Below the pieces are notes generated by a model. The model saw only the letters and a list, made by a program, of their open reading frames with translations. It was not told the DNA's origin and ran no database searches. Shown piece by piece: positions 7,762-15,598 of a stretch of 64,000 bases of DNA. The stretch is from an uncultured Anaerolinea sp. (GTDB lineage: Bacteria > Chloroflexota > Anaerolineae > Anaerolineales > UBA4823), in NCBI GenBank assembly GCA_964531975.1, contig CAZHFU010000011.1, positions 36,233-100,232 of the forward strand. The letters run 5' to 3'. Each line of letters starts with the position of its first letter. The stretch's first letter is position 1. The position numbers were made by a program, and so were the translations under genes.

Positions 7762-9597
7762 ATGCCCAAAAGCCAACCCGCAATGTCCACCGATCTTTCG
7801 GCAACAATGGCGGCCTACGCACACCAGCGGCAAAGCCTGCGCCAACGCCTGGCCGATGCCTGGTCGGCCTTCAACGGTCGTGCGTTTGGCCCTGGCGCGC
7901 CCCAGCAGCCACAGCCCGGCCCCAACGGTGTGGCGCTCTTGCCGCGCCAGTACAGCTACCCAATGGCCGTCAACCTCGGCCGAGAGCCGCGCCGGGAAGA
8001 GCCGTTCCTCACGCCGTTCGAGCAGCTGCGCAATCTGGCTGAGTTGTACGATGTGGCGGCCATGTGCATCGCCGCCCGCATTGAAGAAATGCAGGGATTG
8101 AACTGGAGCATCGTGGCGCGCGATAAGCGCCGCCAGGCGGAGCTGCAAGACGCCTGCGATGCGGCCACAGCCTTCTTTTTGCAGCCCGACGGGCTGAATG
8201 ATTTTTACTCGTGGATCGGTATGCTGCTGTACGAAAACCTGACCACCGATGCCATGACCCTGTATCGCCGCAAGGATATGGGCGGGCGGCTGTACGGCCT
8301 GGAACCGGTGGATGGCAGCACCATCAAGCCCATCCTCGACGATCGCGGGCGCACGGTGGCTTACCAACAGATGATCCACGGCATGGTAGAGAGCCAGTTC
8401 AAGCGCGGCTCGGCCGACCGGCCCGACGAGCGCCCGGACGAGTTTGGCCCGCATGAGCTGCTCTACAAGCCGCGCTACACTCGCACCTTCACGCCCTATG
8501 GCTCGCCGCCCACCGAATGGATCATCCTGCGCATCAACACCGCTCTGCGCAAGCAAGCCTGGGACTTACGTTGGTTTACCGACGGCAATGTGCCCGAGAT
8601 GATCGCCACCGCGCCGGACGGCATCCTGAACCCCGACCAGGTAGAGGAATTTGAAACACGCTTTAATGCCATCCTGGAGGGCAATGATGCGGCCCGGCGC
8701 AAAATTCGTTTCATTCCATGGGCGATGAACTTCAAAGAGACCAAGCCGTTCTCTTATGAAACCGCCCTGGACGAGTGGATGCTGCGCGTGACCTGCGCGG
8801 CTTATTCTGTGCCGCCGCAAGAGCTGGGCTTCACCTACGACGTCAACCGGGCCACGGCTGAGATGCAGGAAGCGGTGAATGAGCGCCGCGGCCTGAAGCC
8901 GCTGGTCCAATGGCTGAAGGCCACGCTGTTTGACCCGATCTTGAAAGACCTGGCTGGCGCAGGAGAAGAGCGCACCCTATCGCTGCCCGGTGCGCCGACG
9001 CGGGCGGTCGCTAATCCATTTACCGCTATTGAATGGCAATGGCGCTATGGCGATAAGGTGGATGAGTATGTGCAGGCCCAGACCGACCAGATCTATCTGG
9101 CGGCAGGCGTGATCTCGCCCAATGAAATCCGCACCATGCGTTATGGCGATCAGCTCGATGGCCCGGCCCCAGGAGCGCCTGCTATGGCTGCGAATGCCGC
9201 CCCGTCAGCCGCGCCCGGCGCTCTGCCTGATCTATCCGGGCAGGCGTCGACACCCGCGCCTGCCGGCACGCCCGGCCCTGTGCAAAATGGGGGACAGGCA
9301 GGGCCGGCCACGGCAGCGCCAAGAAACCAGGCGGCCCGCACCGATCTGCGGCTGTGGAACCAGAAGGCCGCCAAGGCGCTCAAGAGCGGTCGCAGCGCCG
9401 ATGTGCCTTTCGTAAGCGACGTGATCCCTGCCGAACTGATGCAGAGCGTGCGCGCCGGCCTGGCGAAAGCGGCCACGCCCGAAGCGGTGCGGGTGGTGTT
9501 CGCTAAGGCCGCCCAGGCTGTCGATTTGCCGGCCCCCCAGGAGGCGGCCGGCTCCAGCTTTTTTCGCCAAACGAACGACTGGAGCAGCTACGGGTAG
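7762..9597 (+). CDS. portal protein
   Basis: 611 aa immediately after the terminase, with an Ala/Pro-rich C-terminus. Size and position are typical. Confidence 0.8.
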   Translation: MPKSQPAMSTDLSATMAAYAHQRQSLRQRLADAWSAFNGRAFGPGAPQQPQPGPNGVALLPRQYSYPMAVNLGREPRREEPFLTPFEQLRNLAELYDVAAMCIAARIEEMQGLNWSIVARDKRRQAELQDACDAATAFFLQPDGLNDFYSWIGMLLYENLTTDAMTLYRRKDMGGRLYGLEPVDGSTIKPILDDRGRTVAYQQMIHGMVESQFKRGSADRPDERPDEFGPHELLYKPRYTRTFTPYGSPPTEWIILRINTALRKQAWDLRWFTDGNVPEMIATAPDGILNPDQVEEFETRFNAILEGNDAARRKIRFIPWAMNFKETKPFSYETALDEWMLRVTCAAYSVPPQELGFTYDVNRATAEMQEAVNERRGLKPLVQWLKATLFDPILKDLAGAGEERTLSLPGAPTRAVANPFTAIEWQWRYGDKVDEYVQAQTDQIYLAAGVISPNEIRTMRYGDQLDGPAPGAPAMAANAAPSAAPGALPDLSGQASTPAPAGTPGPVQNGGQAGPATAAPRNQAARTDLRLWNQKAAKALKSGRSADVPFVSDVIPAELMQSVRAGLAKAATPEAVRVVFAKAAQAVDLPAPQEAAGSSFFRQTNDWSSYG

Positions 9598-9720
9598 CGA
9601 TCCGCAAGCGGCCCTCAGGCAGCGGGCCGAAGACGCCCTGCGCCTGGCGCTTGTGAGTTACTTCCATGGGCTGCAGATGCGCATCATCGAGGCGGTACAA
9701 ATGAGTGAGGTAGGGTAGAG

Positions 9721-10752
9721 ATGTTGCCTGATGCATTCTGGAGTGACGAACGCCGGCGGCTGCTGGCGCTGCTGGGACCGGCCATCGAAGGGGCGGCAAT
9801 GGATGGAGCGGCCGCGGCTGCGCGCCGGCTGGGCGGCATTGGCCTGGATTACGAGACGGTAAACCAGAGTGCAGCAGACTGGGCCAGGCAGTACACCGAT
9901 GAGCTGCTGGGCCAGCTCGGCGCGACTTCTGAAAAGCTGGTGGGCGACGCCCTGGCCGCCTGGATCGAGCAGCCTGGCGCGACGATGGGCGACCTGGTGG
10001 GGCTGCTAACGCCGCGCTTCGCCGGCAACCAAGCGCGCGCCGACCTGATCGCCGTCACCGAGATCACACGCGCGTATGCCAATGGGCAGAAAGCGGCCTT
10101 CCAGGCGGCCGGCGTGACGCGCTGGCGCTGGAATACGAACCGAGACGAGCTGGTCTGCCCGGTGTGCGCGCCGCTCAATGGGCAGGTGGTCGAGATCGGC
10201 CAGCCTTTTGGCGAGTTCAGAGGTAAAACCTTTAGCGAGCCGCCCAGCCATCCTGGATGCCGCTGTTGGGTAAGTCCTGTCAACCGTCGGGAGAATCGTG
10301 CCAAGGCTGAGGCTATAGACTTCTCGTCACCGAATAGCCAACCGGTCGGATATATTGATTACTTACAGACCCTTTATCCTGATGAGGCTGGGGGAAGCTT
10401 CTCCGCTGCACCGATGCAGGTCTTGGTCGACGATCGGCAAAAACGGCATATTCGCCGAGATCATCATGGAGAATATGCGTGGTTTGCCCAGGCCAGAGAC
10501 ATTATCGAAACAGCGATTGCTAATCCGAAAATCGTTAGCGACAGCCTGAGAGATGTAAAAAATGATTACCGGTCCTTCAGCATCGTGGCAGAAACAGGCC
10601 TGGAAGAAAAGCCTTATCTAATCCTGGTCATTAGAGCAGCAAAGCCGGGCGAAGAGGCGCACATGTTGTACACAGCCTTCCTTGCAGAAAAGCGGTATGT
10701 TTTCCTTGCCGATGGCCGATTGAAACCGCGCTTCATGTATACAAAAAAATAA
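9721..10752 (+). CDS. MuF/SPP1-gp7 head morphogenesis protein with a ~155-aa C-terminal extension
   Basis: Motifs VCPVCAPLNGQ and PPSHPGCRCW. The extension from about aa 190 has visibly lower GC and an RHIRRDHHGEY motif. Confidence 0.8.
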   Translation: MLPDAFWSDERRRLLALLGPAIEGAAMDGAAAAARRLGGIGLDYETVNQSAADWARQYTDELLGQLGATSEKLVGDALAAWIEQPGATMGDLVGLLTPRFAGNQARADLIAVTEITRAYANGQKAAFQAAGVTRWRWNTNRDELVCPVCAPLNGQVVEIGQPFGEFRGKTFSEPPSHPGCRCWVSPVNRRENRAKAEAIDFSSPNSQPVGYIDYLQTLYPDEAGGSFSAAPMQVLVDDRQKRHIRRDHHGEYAWFAQARDIIETAIANPKIVSDSLRDVKNDYRSFSIVAETGLEEKPYLILVIRAAKPGEEAHMLYTAFLAEKRYVFLADGRLKPRFMYTKK

Positions 10753-10769
10753 GCCGGTTTTCACCGGCT
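10752..10769 (-). terminator. hairpin oriented as a leftward intrinsic terminator
   Basis: AGCCGGT-TTTC-ACCGGCT preceded on + by A7, so it is followed by a T-run on -. There is no T-tail on the + strand. Confidence 0.35.
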
Positions 10770-10884
10770 ATTGGTCCCGTCCACCGTCGCATTTCGGCCT
10801 CTCCTGCTACCAGGCGTGGGAAGCGAATTCCCCACCTCAGAACCACTTTTATTATAGCAAAAATTGTGAGGAAATGCAATCATT

Positions 10885-11478
10885 ATGAGCAGCGACACAC
10901 TCGATCTCACGAACTTCGATAAACTGGTGCGGCATCTGGAGCAGGCGCCCGAGATCGCTGCGCCGCACCTGGTGGATGCCATGCAGAAGAGCGTGGCCCT
11001 GGTGCACGACCTGTTGGCCGAATATCCCCCATCCACCGAAGCCAACCAGCCCGGACGTTACAGCCTGCGCACCCACCGCCCCATGGGTTATTACGAACGC
11101 GGCCGCGGCTACTGGTATCCGATCATGCGCAAAGAAACGCTGGGCAGCCGCATTGGAAAACGGCAAGGCGCTGTGCCACTGCCGAAGCATCTGCGAGGCA
11201 TGACCGCTGTGGCCGGCTATAAGCTGCGCCGCACATCCGAGCGCCTGGGCAGCCGGTGGACGACGCGTGTCGAAACTACCAACAAAGCCATCCAGGGCGT
11301 GATCGGCACCACCGTTTCCTATGCCGATTACGTGCAGGGCCAGAACCAGGCCGGCTTTCATGGCGCACACGGCTGGCAGACGGCCGCCGATGTGCTGCAG
11401 GACGCCGCCGGCGAGATCCGCGGCTACTTCGAAGAAGCGGCCCAGAATATCGCCGACGAGTTGAGACAGATGTTATAG
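10885..11478 (+). CDS. HK97-gp10-like head-tail protein (tentative)
   Basis: 197 aa. The VSYADYVQGQ motif resembles the YAxYVE motif of the gp10 family (from memory). Confidence 0.45.
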   Translation: MSSDTLDLTNFDKLVRHLEQAPEIAAPHLVDAMQKSVALVHDLLAEYPPSTEANQPGRYSLRTHRPMGYYERGRGYWYPIMRKETLGSRIGKRQGAVPLPKHLRGMTAVAGYKLRRTSERLGSRWTTRVETTNKAIQGVIGTTVSYADYVQGQNQAGFHGAHGWQTAADVLQDAAGEIRGYFEEAAQNIADELRQML

Positions 11479-11628
11479 CTATACAGAAATCTTGTTCGGA
11501 AGGTTTTCATTTATGCAAGTTACGTTAAATTCGTGTCATTTATTCGTATATTTCGAACATATGCCAGACAATTAGTGTAAAATATTTTCATACTTCAGTG
11601 ATGATTTTTTTATTTCAGGAGGGGAGCA

Positions 11629-11844
11629 ATGGTCTTACCTGCAGAACTTCAGAGGCTTATCCAAGATGAGCCTGCAGTGGCATCCATCATTGATGGTTAT
11701 AGTGCCCTTAATCGCATATATTATCAATCATTGTCCGCGATGAGCGTCGCGGTCCCTTCGCTTCCACTCGTTCAAAATTCCTCGCAAGTAGCCTTAGAGG
11801 CACAAAACTCGTCATCAACCGCGACCTTTCAACCTAACAGGTAA
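11629..11844 (+). CDS. small hypothetical protein (71 aa) in the low-GC island
   Basis: RBS AGGAGGGGAG upstream. AT-rich codons. Lies 5 nt upstream of the protease gene. Confidence 0.4.
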   Translation: MVLPAELQRLIQDEPAVASIIDGYSALNRIYYQSLSAMSVAVPSLPLVQNSSQVALEAQNSSSTATFQPNR

Positions 11845-11849
11845 GTCTC

Positions 11850-12911
11850 ATGGCAAAAAATAAGCGCACACGTAACCAGGCGACTGAAAAGATACAGATT
11901 CAGCCGCCACCTTTAGTTAGTCATAAAATTCATCCTTCTACACTCGAAACTCTTCCTCAAACGTATCAGCAATTAACTAATTATGTAGAATCTCAAGGTT
12001 CATTCCTACCCTTTGAACTGCGTTTGGAAACATTTAAGCGTATTGAGAAAGTCACCGGTATCCCGCTTATCTGTTATGTGGCTAAAACCGAGAATAACAT
12101 TCCTGGCATTCCGACTTTTATCGACGATAGCGATCTGATCGGCTTTGACGATTTAGTAAAAACCACCGACGGCGATATTGTGGATGTGTTTGTTATCAGC
12201 AATGGCGGCTCCGCAGAAGCAACCGAAAGAATCGTTAAACTTCTGCGCGAGCGCTATAGCAAGATCAGATATCTAATCCCTGCTAATGCCTACAGCGCAG
12301 CAACGCTTATGTGCCTTTCAGGTAACGAGATCGTTATGGCGGCCACCAGCACATTAGGTCCTATTGATCCTCAAATTAACGGTATTCCTGCCCGGGCCAT
12401 CTTGCGCGCATTTGAGCGAGTAAAAGAAGAACTTAAAGCCGAAGGCCCCGCATCGTTGACAGCCTATATGCCATTACTTTCCAAATACGATCTGCACATC
12501 TTCGAAATTTGCAGGACTGCCGAACAATTATCCACCGAGTTGGCCAGAGCTTGGCTAAGTCATTATATGCTGGAGTGTCCAGAAGATGATGAACGTGTAA
12601 ATCGAATAGTGGATCATCTAATAAGTTATGATGTGAATAAAAGCCATGCTCGAGGTATAGATCGGCGAAAGTCACGTGAACTCGGCCTGAATATCGTTAA
12701 CGTTGAAGAGGTCGATGGTCTTGGAAGTTTACTTCAAAGTCTTAGAAACCAATTTGCTTTTTGGTTTGACAGGACGCCTTTCTATAAGTGTTTTGAAAAC
12801 TCCCGCGGAATCAACTGGGGAAGGCAAGCACAAGATTTAATCGTTCAAGCTCAACAGAACACTCCTGGTCCTGGACGGCGCCAACCTGGGCCGCCTCATC
12901 CCACGCGCTGA
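11850..12911 (+). CDS. ClpP/crotonase-fold serine protease (SDH / S49-like family)
   Basis: VFVISNGGSAEATERIV...PANAYSAATLMCLSGNEIVMAATSTLGPIDPQ matches my memory of the serine dehydrogenase proteinase family (PF01972). Low GC. It has its own terminator. Confidence 0.7.
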   Translation: MAKNKRTRNQATEKIQIQPPPLVSHKIHPSTLETLPQTYQQLTNYVESQGSFLPFELRLETFKRIEKVTGIPLICYVAKTENNIPGIPTFIDDSDLIGFDDLVKTTDGDIVDVFVISNGGSAEATERIVKLLRERYSKIRYLIPANAYSAATLMCLSGNEIVMAATSTLGPIDPQINGIPARAILRAFERVKEELKAEGPASLTAYMPLLSKYDLHIFEICRTAEQLSTELARAWLSHYMLECPEDDERVNRIVDHLISYDVNKSHARGIDRRKSRELGLNIVNVEEVDGLGSLLQSLRNQFAFWFDRTPFYKCFENSRGINWGRQAQDLIVQAQQNTPGPGRRQPGPPHPTR

Positions 12912-12930
12912 TATTTGCACGCAAACAGAT

Positions 12931-12961
12931 GCCCCCCGCCTGACATCAGGCGGGGGGCTTT
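12931..12961 (+). terminator. intrinsic terminator
   Basis: GCCCCCCGCC-TGACATCA-GGCGGGGGGC followed by TTTGCTT. Confidence 0.65.
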
Positions 12962-13192
12962 GCTTGGGCGGGGGCGGCTCTCAGAAGCGGTTACTACTGG
13001 TCTTTCCCATCGTCAGGCTTTTGCCGGGCAAGTCTGCTGCGCCGTGCGCTCGCCGATGCCACACCCGTTCGCTTGCGCTTCCGTCTTACTGCCGCCCCCT
13101 CACATTGGGTATCGAGGAGAAGGCCCCTGCCCAGCCTGTGGGGGATGACTGGTCAGGGGCACTAAAATTATATCACCGAAAGAACGGATGTG

Positions 13193-13864
13193 CTATGGAT
13201 AGCCGATCGTCCCGGAACATTCAGCCACAGATAACTCGCCGTCCATTTCATCCCGGTTATCCCGCCACAATTTGTCATTCACCCAAATCTCGCATTCGGT
13301 AAAGGTGGTAACGGGACCGCCAAGCGATTGAAGCTTGATATAGTCGCCGGGGTGCAATTGGATGGTTTGGTCAAAGGGGTTAAAGACCTGGCCGCCATCC
13401 GTTGAGACCACGCCGTCCCGATTGAGGACAACGAAATAGTGAGCATAGAAGCCTGGAGTGGTGCGCACCACCATCTTGACGTTACGTGGACCGGGCGAGA
13501 TAGATGCACCCGAAAGATAGCTGATGAAAAAAATCGATAAACCGCCAACTATAAAGACCAAAAACATCCAGACAATAGATATTTTTGAGACGGGTTTTTG
13601 TGCCGCAATGGCAGGAACGGGCAAAGGCGGCAAGGCGGCCAACTTCTGCAAAGAAGGTTCGTGGTCTGGCGCGATGCGCAGCACTTCGTTCAGGCAAAAG
13701 CGGGCTTCTCCTGGATCGTCCACCACCTGGCTGAGCAAATACCATGCCCGGGCGCTGTTCCTATCGGCGTTGGTGGCTTTGATCAGCAATTTGCGCGTGG
13801 CGGCGCGGTTCCCGAGCTTCGATTCTTCCAATGCTTTTTGGATATATTCGGTTGCTGTAGTCAT
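13193..13864 (-). CDS. TPR-like N-terminal domain, one TM helix and an extracytoplasmic beta-rich domain
   Basis: ATG 13864 is preceded by GTAGGAGGGG. It is antisense to the virion operon. The TM helix is ISIVWMFLVFIVGGLSIFFISYL. Confidence 0.6.
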   Translation of the reverse strand: MTTATEYIQKALEESKLGNRAATRKLLIKATNADRNSARAWYLLSQVVDDPGEARFCLNEVLRIAPDHEPSLQKLAALPPLPVPAIAAQKPVSKISIVWMFLVFIVGGLSIFFISYLSGASISPGPRNVKMVVRTTPGFYAHYFVVLNRDGVVSTDGGQVFNPFDQTIQLHPGDYIKLQSLGGPVTTFTECEIWVNDKLWRDNRDEMDGELSVAECSGTIGYP

Positions 13865-13936
13865 GGGGCCCCTCCTACCGCATTGTATCACAATGGACAT
13901 AGACAGAGCGAAAGTAGTCACATCGACTGATGAGAG

Positions 13937-13964
13937 TTGTTATTGCGAATTTTTGTGCTATAAT
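13937..13964 (+). promoter_or_regulatory. sigma70-type promoter with extended -10
   Basis: TTGTTA, 16 nt spacer, TGcTATAAT (TATAAT at 13959-13964). Confidence 0.55.
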
Positions 13965-14082
13965 ACGCGCAACCGAATAGCCGGGGGTGCTCTTTCAGGA
14001 TAGGCCGCTATAGGCCGGTCAATATAGGACCGGCGGCAGCCGAAAAGGGGAGAGACAACCCAAGCGGACGTTTGACCTGTAG

Positions 14083-14156
14083 GCGGCGTCTGGATGGCAT
14101 AGCAAAAAGGCTTTAGCAGCCTTTCGTTATGTTTTCCAGACGCCGCTTTTTGTTTT
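14083..14156 (+). terminator. strong intrinsic terminator immediately upstream of the head genes
   Basis: 12-bp stem GCGGCGTCTGGA / TCCAGACGCCGC (14083-14094 / 14135-14146) with an inner hairpin, followed by TTTTTGTTTT. Confidence 0.7.
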
Positions 14157-14166
14157 GGAGCGAGCC

Positions 14167-15585
14167 ATGCAAAAGTTTGTCAATCTAACCATTCAAAAAG
14201 CCGAACAGCGCATCGTAGAGGGCTTTGCATCCACCGAGCTGCCCGATGACCAGGGCGGCTATTTCCAGGGCCAGCGCTACGCCGGCGATGTAGTGGATAC
14301 GCACGCCCTTCAAAAAGCCCTTCCGGAATATATGGAATGGGCCAACCTGCGCGAGATGCACCAGGTAAGTGCGGTGGGCGTAGTGCTCAAAGCCGAGATC
14401 ATCCCCGGCGAGGTGGATGTGGACGGGAAACGCCTGGTCAATCCCCTGCACATCGTGGCGCGCATCATCGATGACAAAGCCTGGGAGAAGGTCAAGAGTG
14501 GCGTGTACAAAGGCTTTAGTCTAGGCGGTTCTATCTTGCGCGCCGCCCTGGAAAAGATGGGCAATACGCTGGTGCGGCGCGTGACCGAGCTGAGCCTGAC
14601 CGAGATCAGCATCGTGGATCGACCCGCCAACCCGCACGCCCGCATTTTGCTGTGGAAGTCGGCCGGCGAACCAGCCGGAAAGAACCCAATCAACGGAGGT
14701 GAAACCGTGAGTAAGCGTTTAGAAAAAGCCGCCGATCCGGCGAAGTCGCTGGCCGCTTTGCAAGCCCTGCACGATGAAGCCGAGACCAGCGGGGACCTGG
14801 AAGGAGCGTCGCTCTACACCCAGGCCATTGCCCTGCTGCTGCAGGCAGGCGGCATTGCCGACGGCGATGCCAATGAGCCGCCGGAGGAACAGCCCGAGAA
14901 AGCGCCTGAAGAAGAGACTCCCGAGGCGGGCGATAGCGCGACCGGTGAAGCGGCCGCGGAAGCGCCCGTGGAAGATCCCGAGCTTCAGATGGCTGCCCAG
15001 AGCGCGCCGCTGGCTCAACCGGAGACCGAAGTCGCAGTCGTCTCACCCGTGCACCAGCCCTTGCGCAAGGCCGGCCGCACCTTCAGCAGCGCTAACCAGG
15101 CGGCCATGCACAAAGTTATCCAGGCCCTGGCAAACATACTGTCCGGCTCTGGCGATCAGACCGCCGCCGCCGTGCTTAAATGTTACGGCGCTCCCGAGCA
15201 GGAAGGCGGCCCGCAGCCCAAGACCGCCGCGGCTGGCCTGGCAGTGGACCCTGCCGCCATCCAGAAGGCGCTGGCCGATGCGCCCGCCCTCGCCCAGATG
15301 AGCGCCACCCTGGAGAAGATGACTCACACGGTGGCCGATCTGACCGAGCGCCTGCAGAAGTATGAAGCTCAGCCGGCCCCCGGCGGCCCGGTGCTGCGCA
15401 AGGTGGCCGAGAAAGCCCTGCCGCTGGGTGTTTCTGCGGAAACGCCCGCGTCCGAGCCACCGGTCACCGAGACCAGCCTGGCCGATCTGCGCAAAGCCGC
15501 CGCGCTGGAACCCAACCCCATGATCCGCGCCGGGCTGCTCAACCAGCTAAAAGACGCTGAAGCGGCCTACCGCGCCCGCAACTAA
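14167..15585 (+). CDS. prohead protease (HK97/S78-like) fused to an Ala/Pro/Glu-rich scaffold-like domain
   Basis: GGAG RBS 6 nt before ATG 14167. N-terminal half ends in LTEISIVDRPANPHA, a typical S78 signature. The C-terminal half is low-complexity and acidic. Confidence 0.8.
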   Translation: MQKFVNLTIQKAEQRIVEGFASTELPDDQGGYFQGQRYAGDVVDTHALQKALPEYMEWANLREMHQVSAVGVVLKAEIIPGEVDVDGKRLVNPLHIVARIIDDKAWEKVKSGVYKGFSLGGSILRAALEKMGNTLVRRVTELSLTEISIVDRPANPHARILLWKSAGEPAGKNPINGGETVSKRLEKAADPAKSLAALQALHDEAETSGDLEGASLYTQAIALLLQAGGIADGDANEPPEEQPEKAPEEETPEAGDSATGEAAAEAPVEDPELQMAAQSAPLAQPETEVAVVSPVHQPLRKAGRTFSSANQAAMHKVIQALANILSGSGDQTAAAVLKCYGAPEQEGGPQPKTAAAGLAVDPAAIQKALADAPALAQMSATLEKMTHTVADLTERLQKYEAQPAPGGPVLRKVAEKALPLGVSAETPASEPPVTETSLADLRKAAALEPNPMIRAGLLNQLKDAEAAYRARN

Positions 15586-15598
15586 CAGGAGGAACACC

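Noticed and set aside
9599-9720. A helical-looking frame between the portal and MuF genes (DPQAALRQRAEDALRLALVSYFHGLQMRIIEAVQMSEVG*) that resembles a MuF N-terminus, suggesting a frameshifted or split MuF gene.
   Set aside because: It has no usable start codon after the portal stop. It ends in TAG 2 nt before ATG 9721, and no slippery sequence links the frames. The resemblance to MuF N-termini is only from memory, so it is not reported as a feature.
10761-11045. Minus-strand ORF 10761-11045 as the gene served by the leftward-oriented hairpin at 10752-10769.
   Set aside because: Its translation is Cys/Arg/Ser-rich and antisense to the better-supported gene 10885-11478. It has no RBS. The hairpin is kept only as a low-confidence terminator.
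11500-11628. A specific promoter for the low-GC island in its AT-rich upstream spacer.
   Set aside because: Several TAAAAT/TATATT-like hexamers exist, but none has a convincing -35 element at 16-18 nt. In such AT-rich DNA these matches are expected by chance.
12915-13302. ORFs 12915-13148 and 12964-13302 in the gap between the island terminator and the antisense gene.
   Set aside because: They have no RBS and Arg/Cys/Pro-rich translations, and they overlap each other and the end of gene 13193-13864. The ~230-bp gap is treated as non-coding. It contains only a GCCCCTG/CAGGGGC hairpin (about 13121-13159) that may end the leftward gene.
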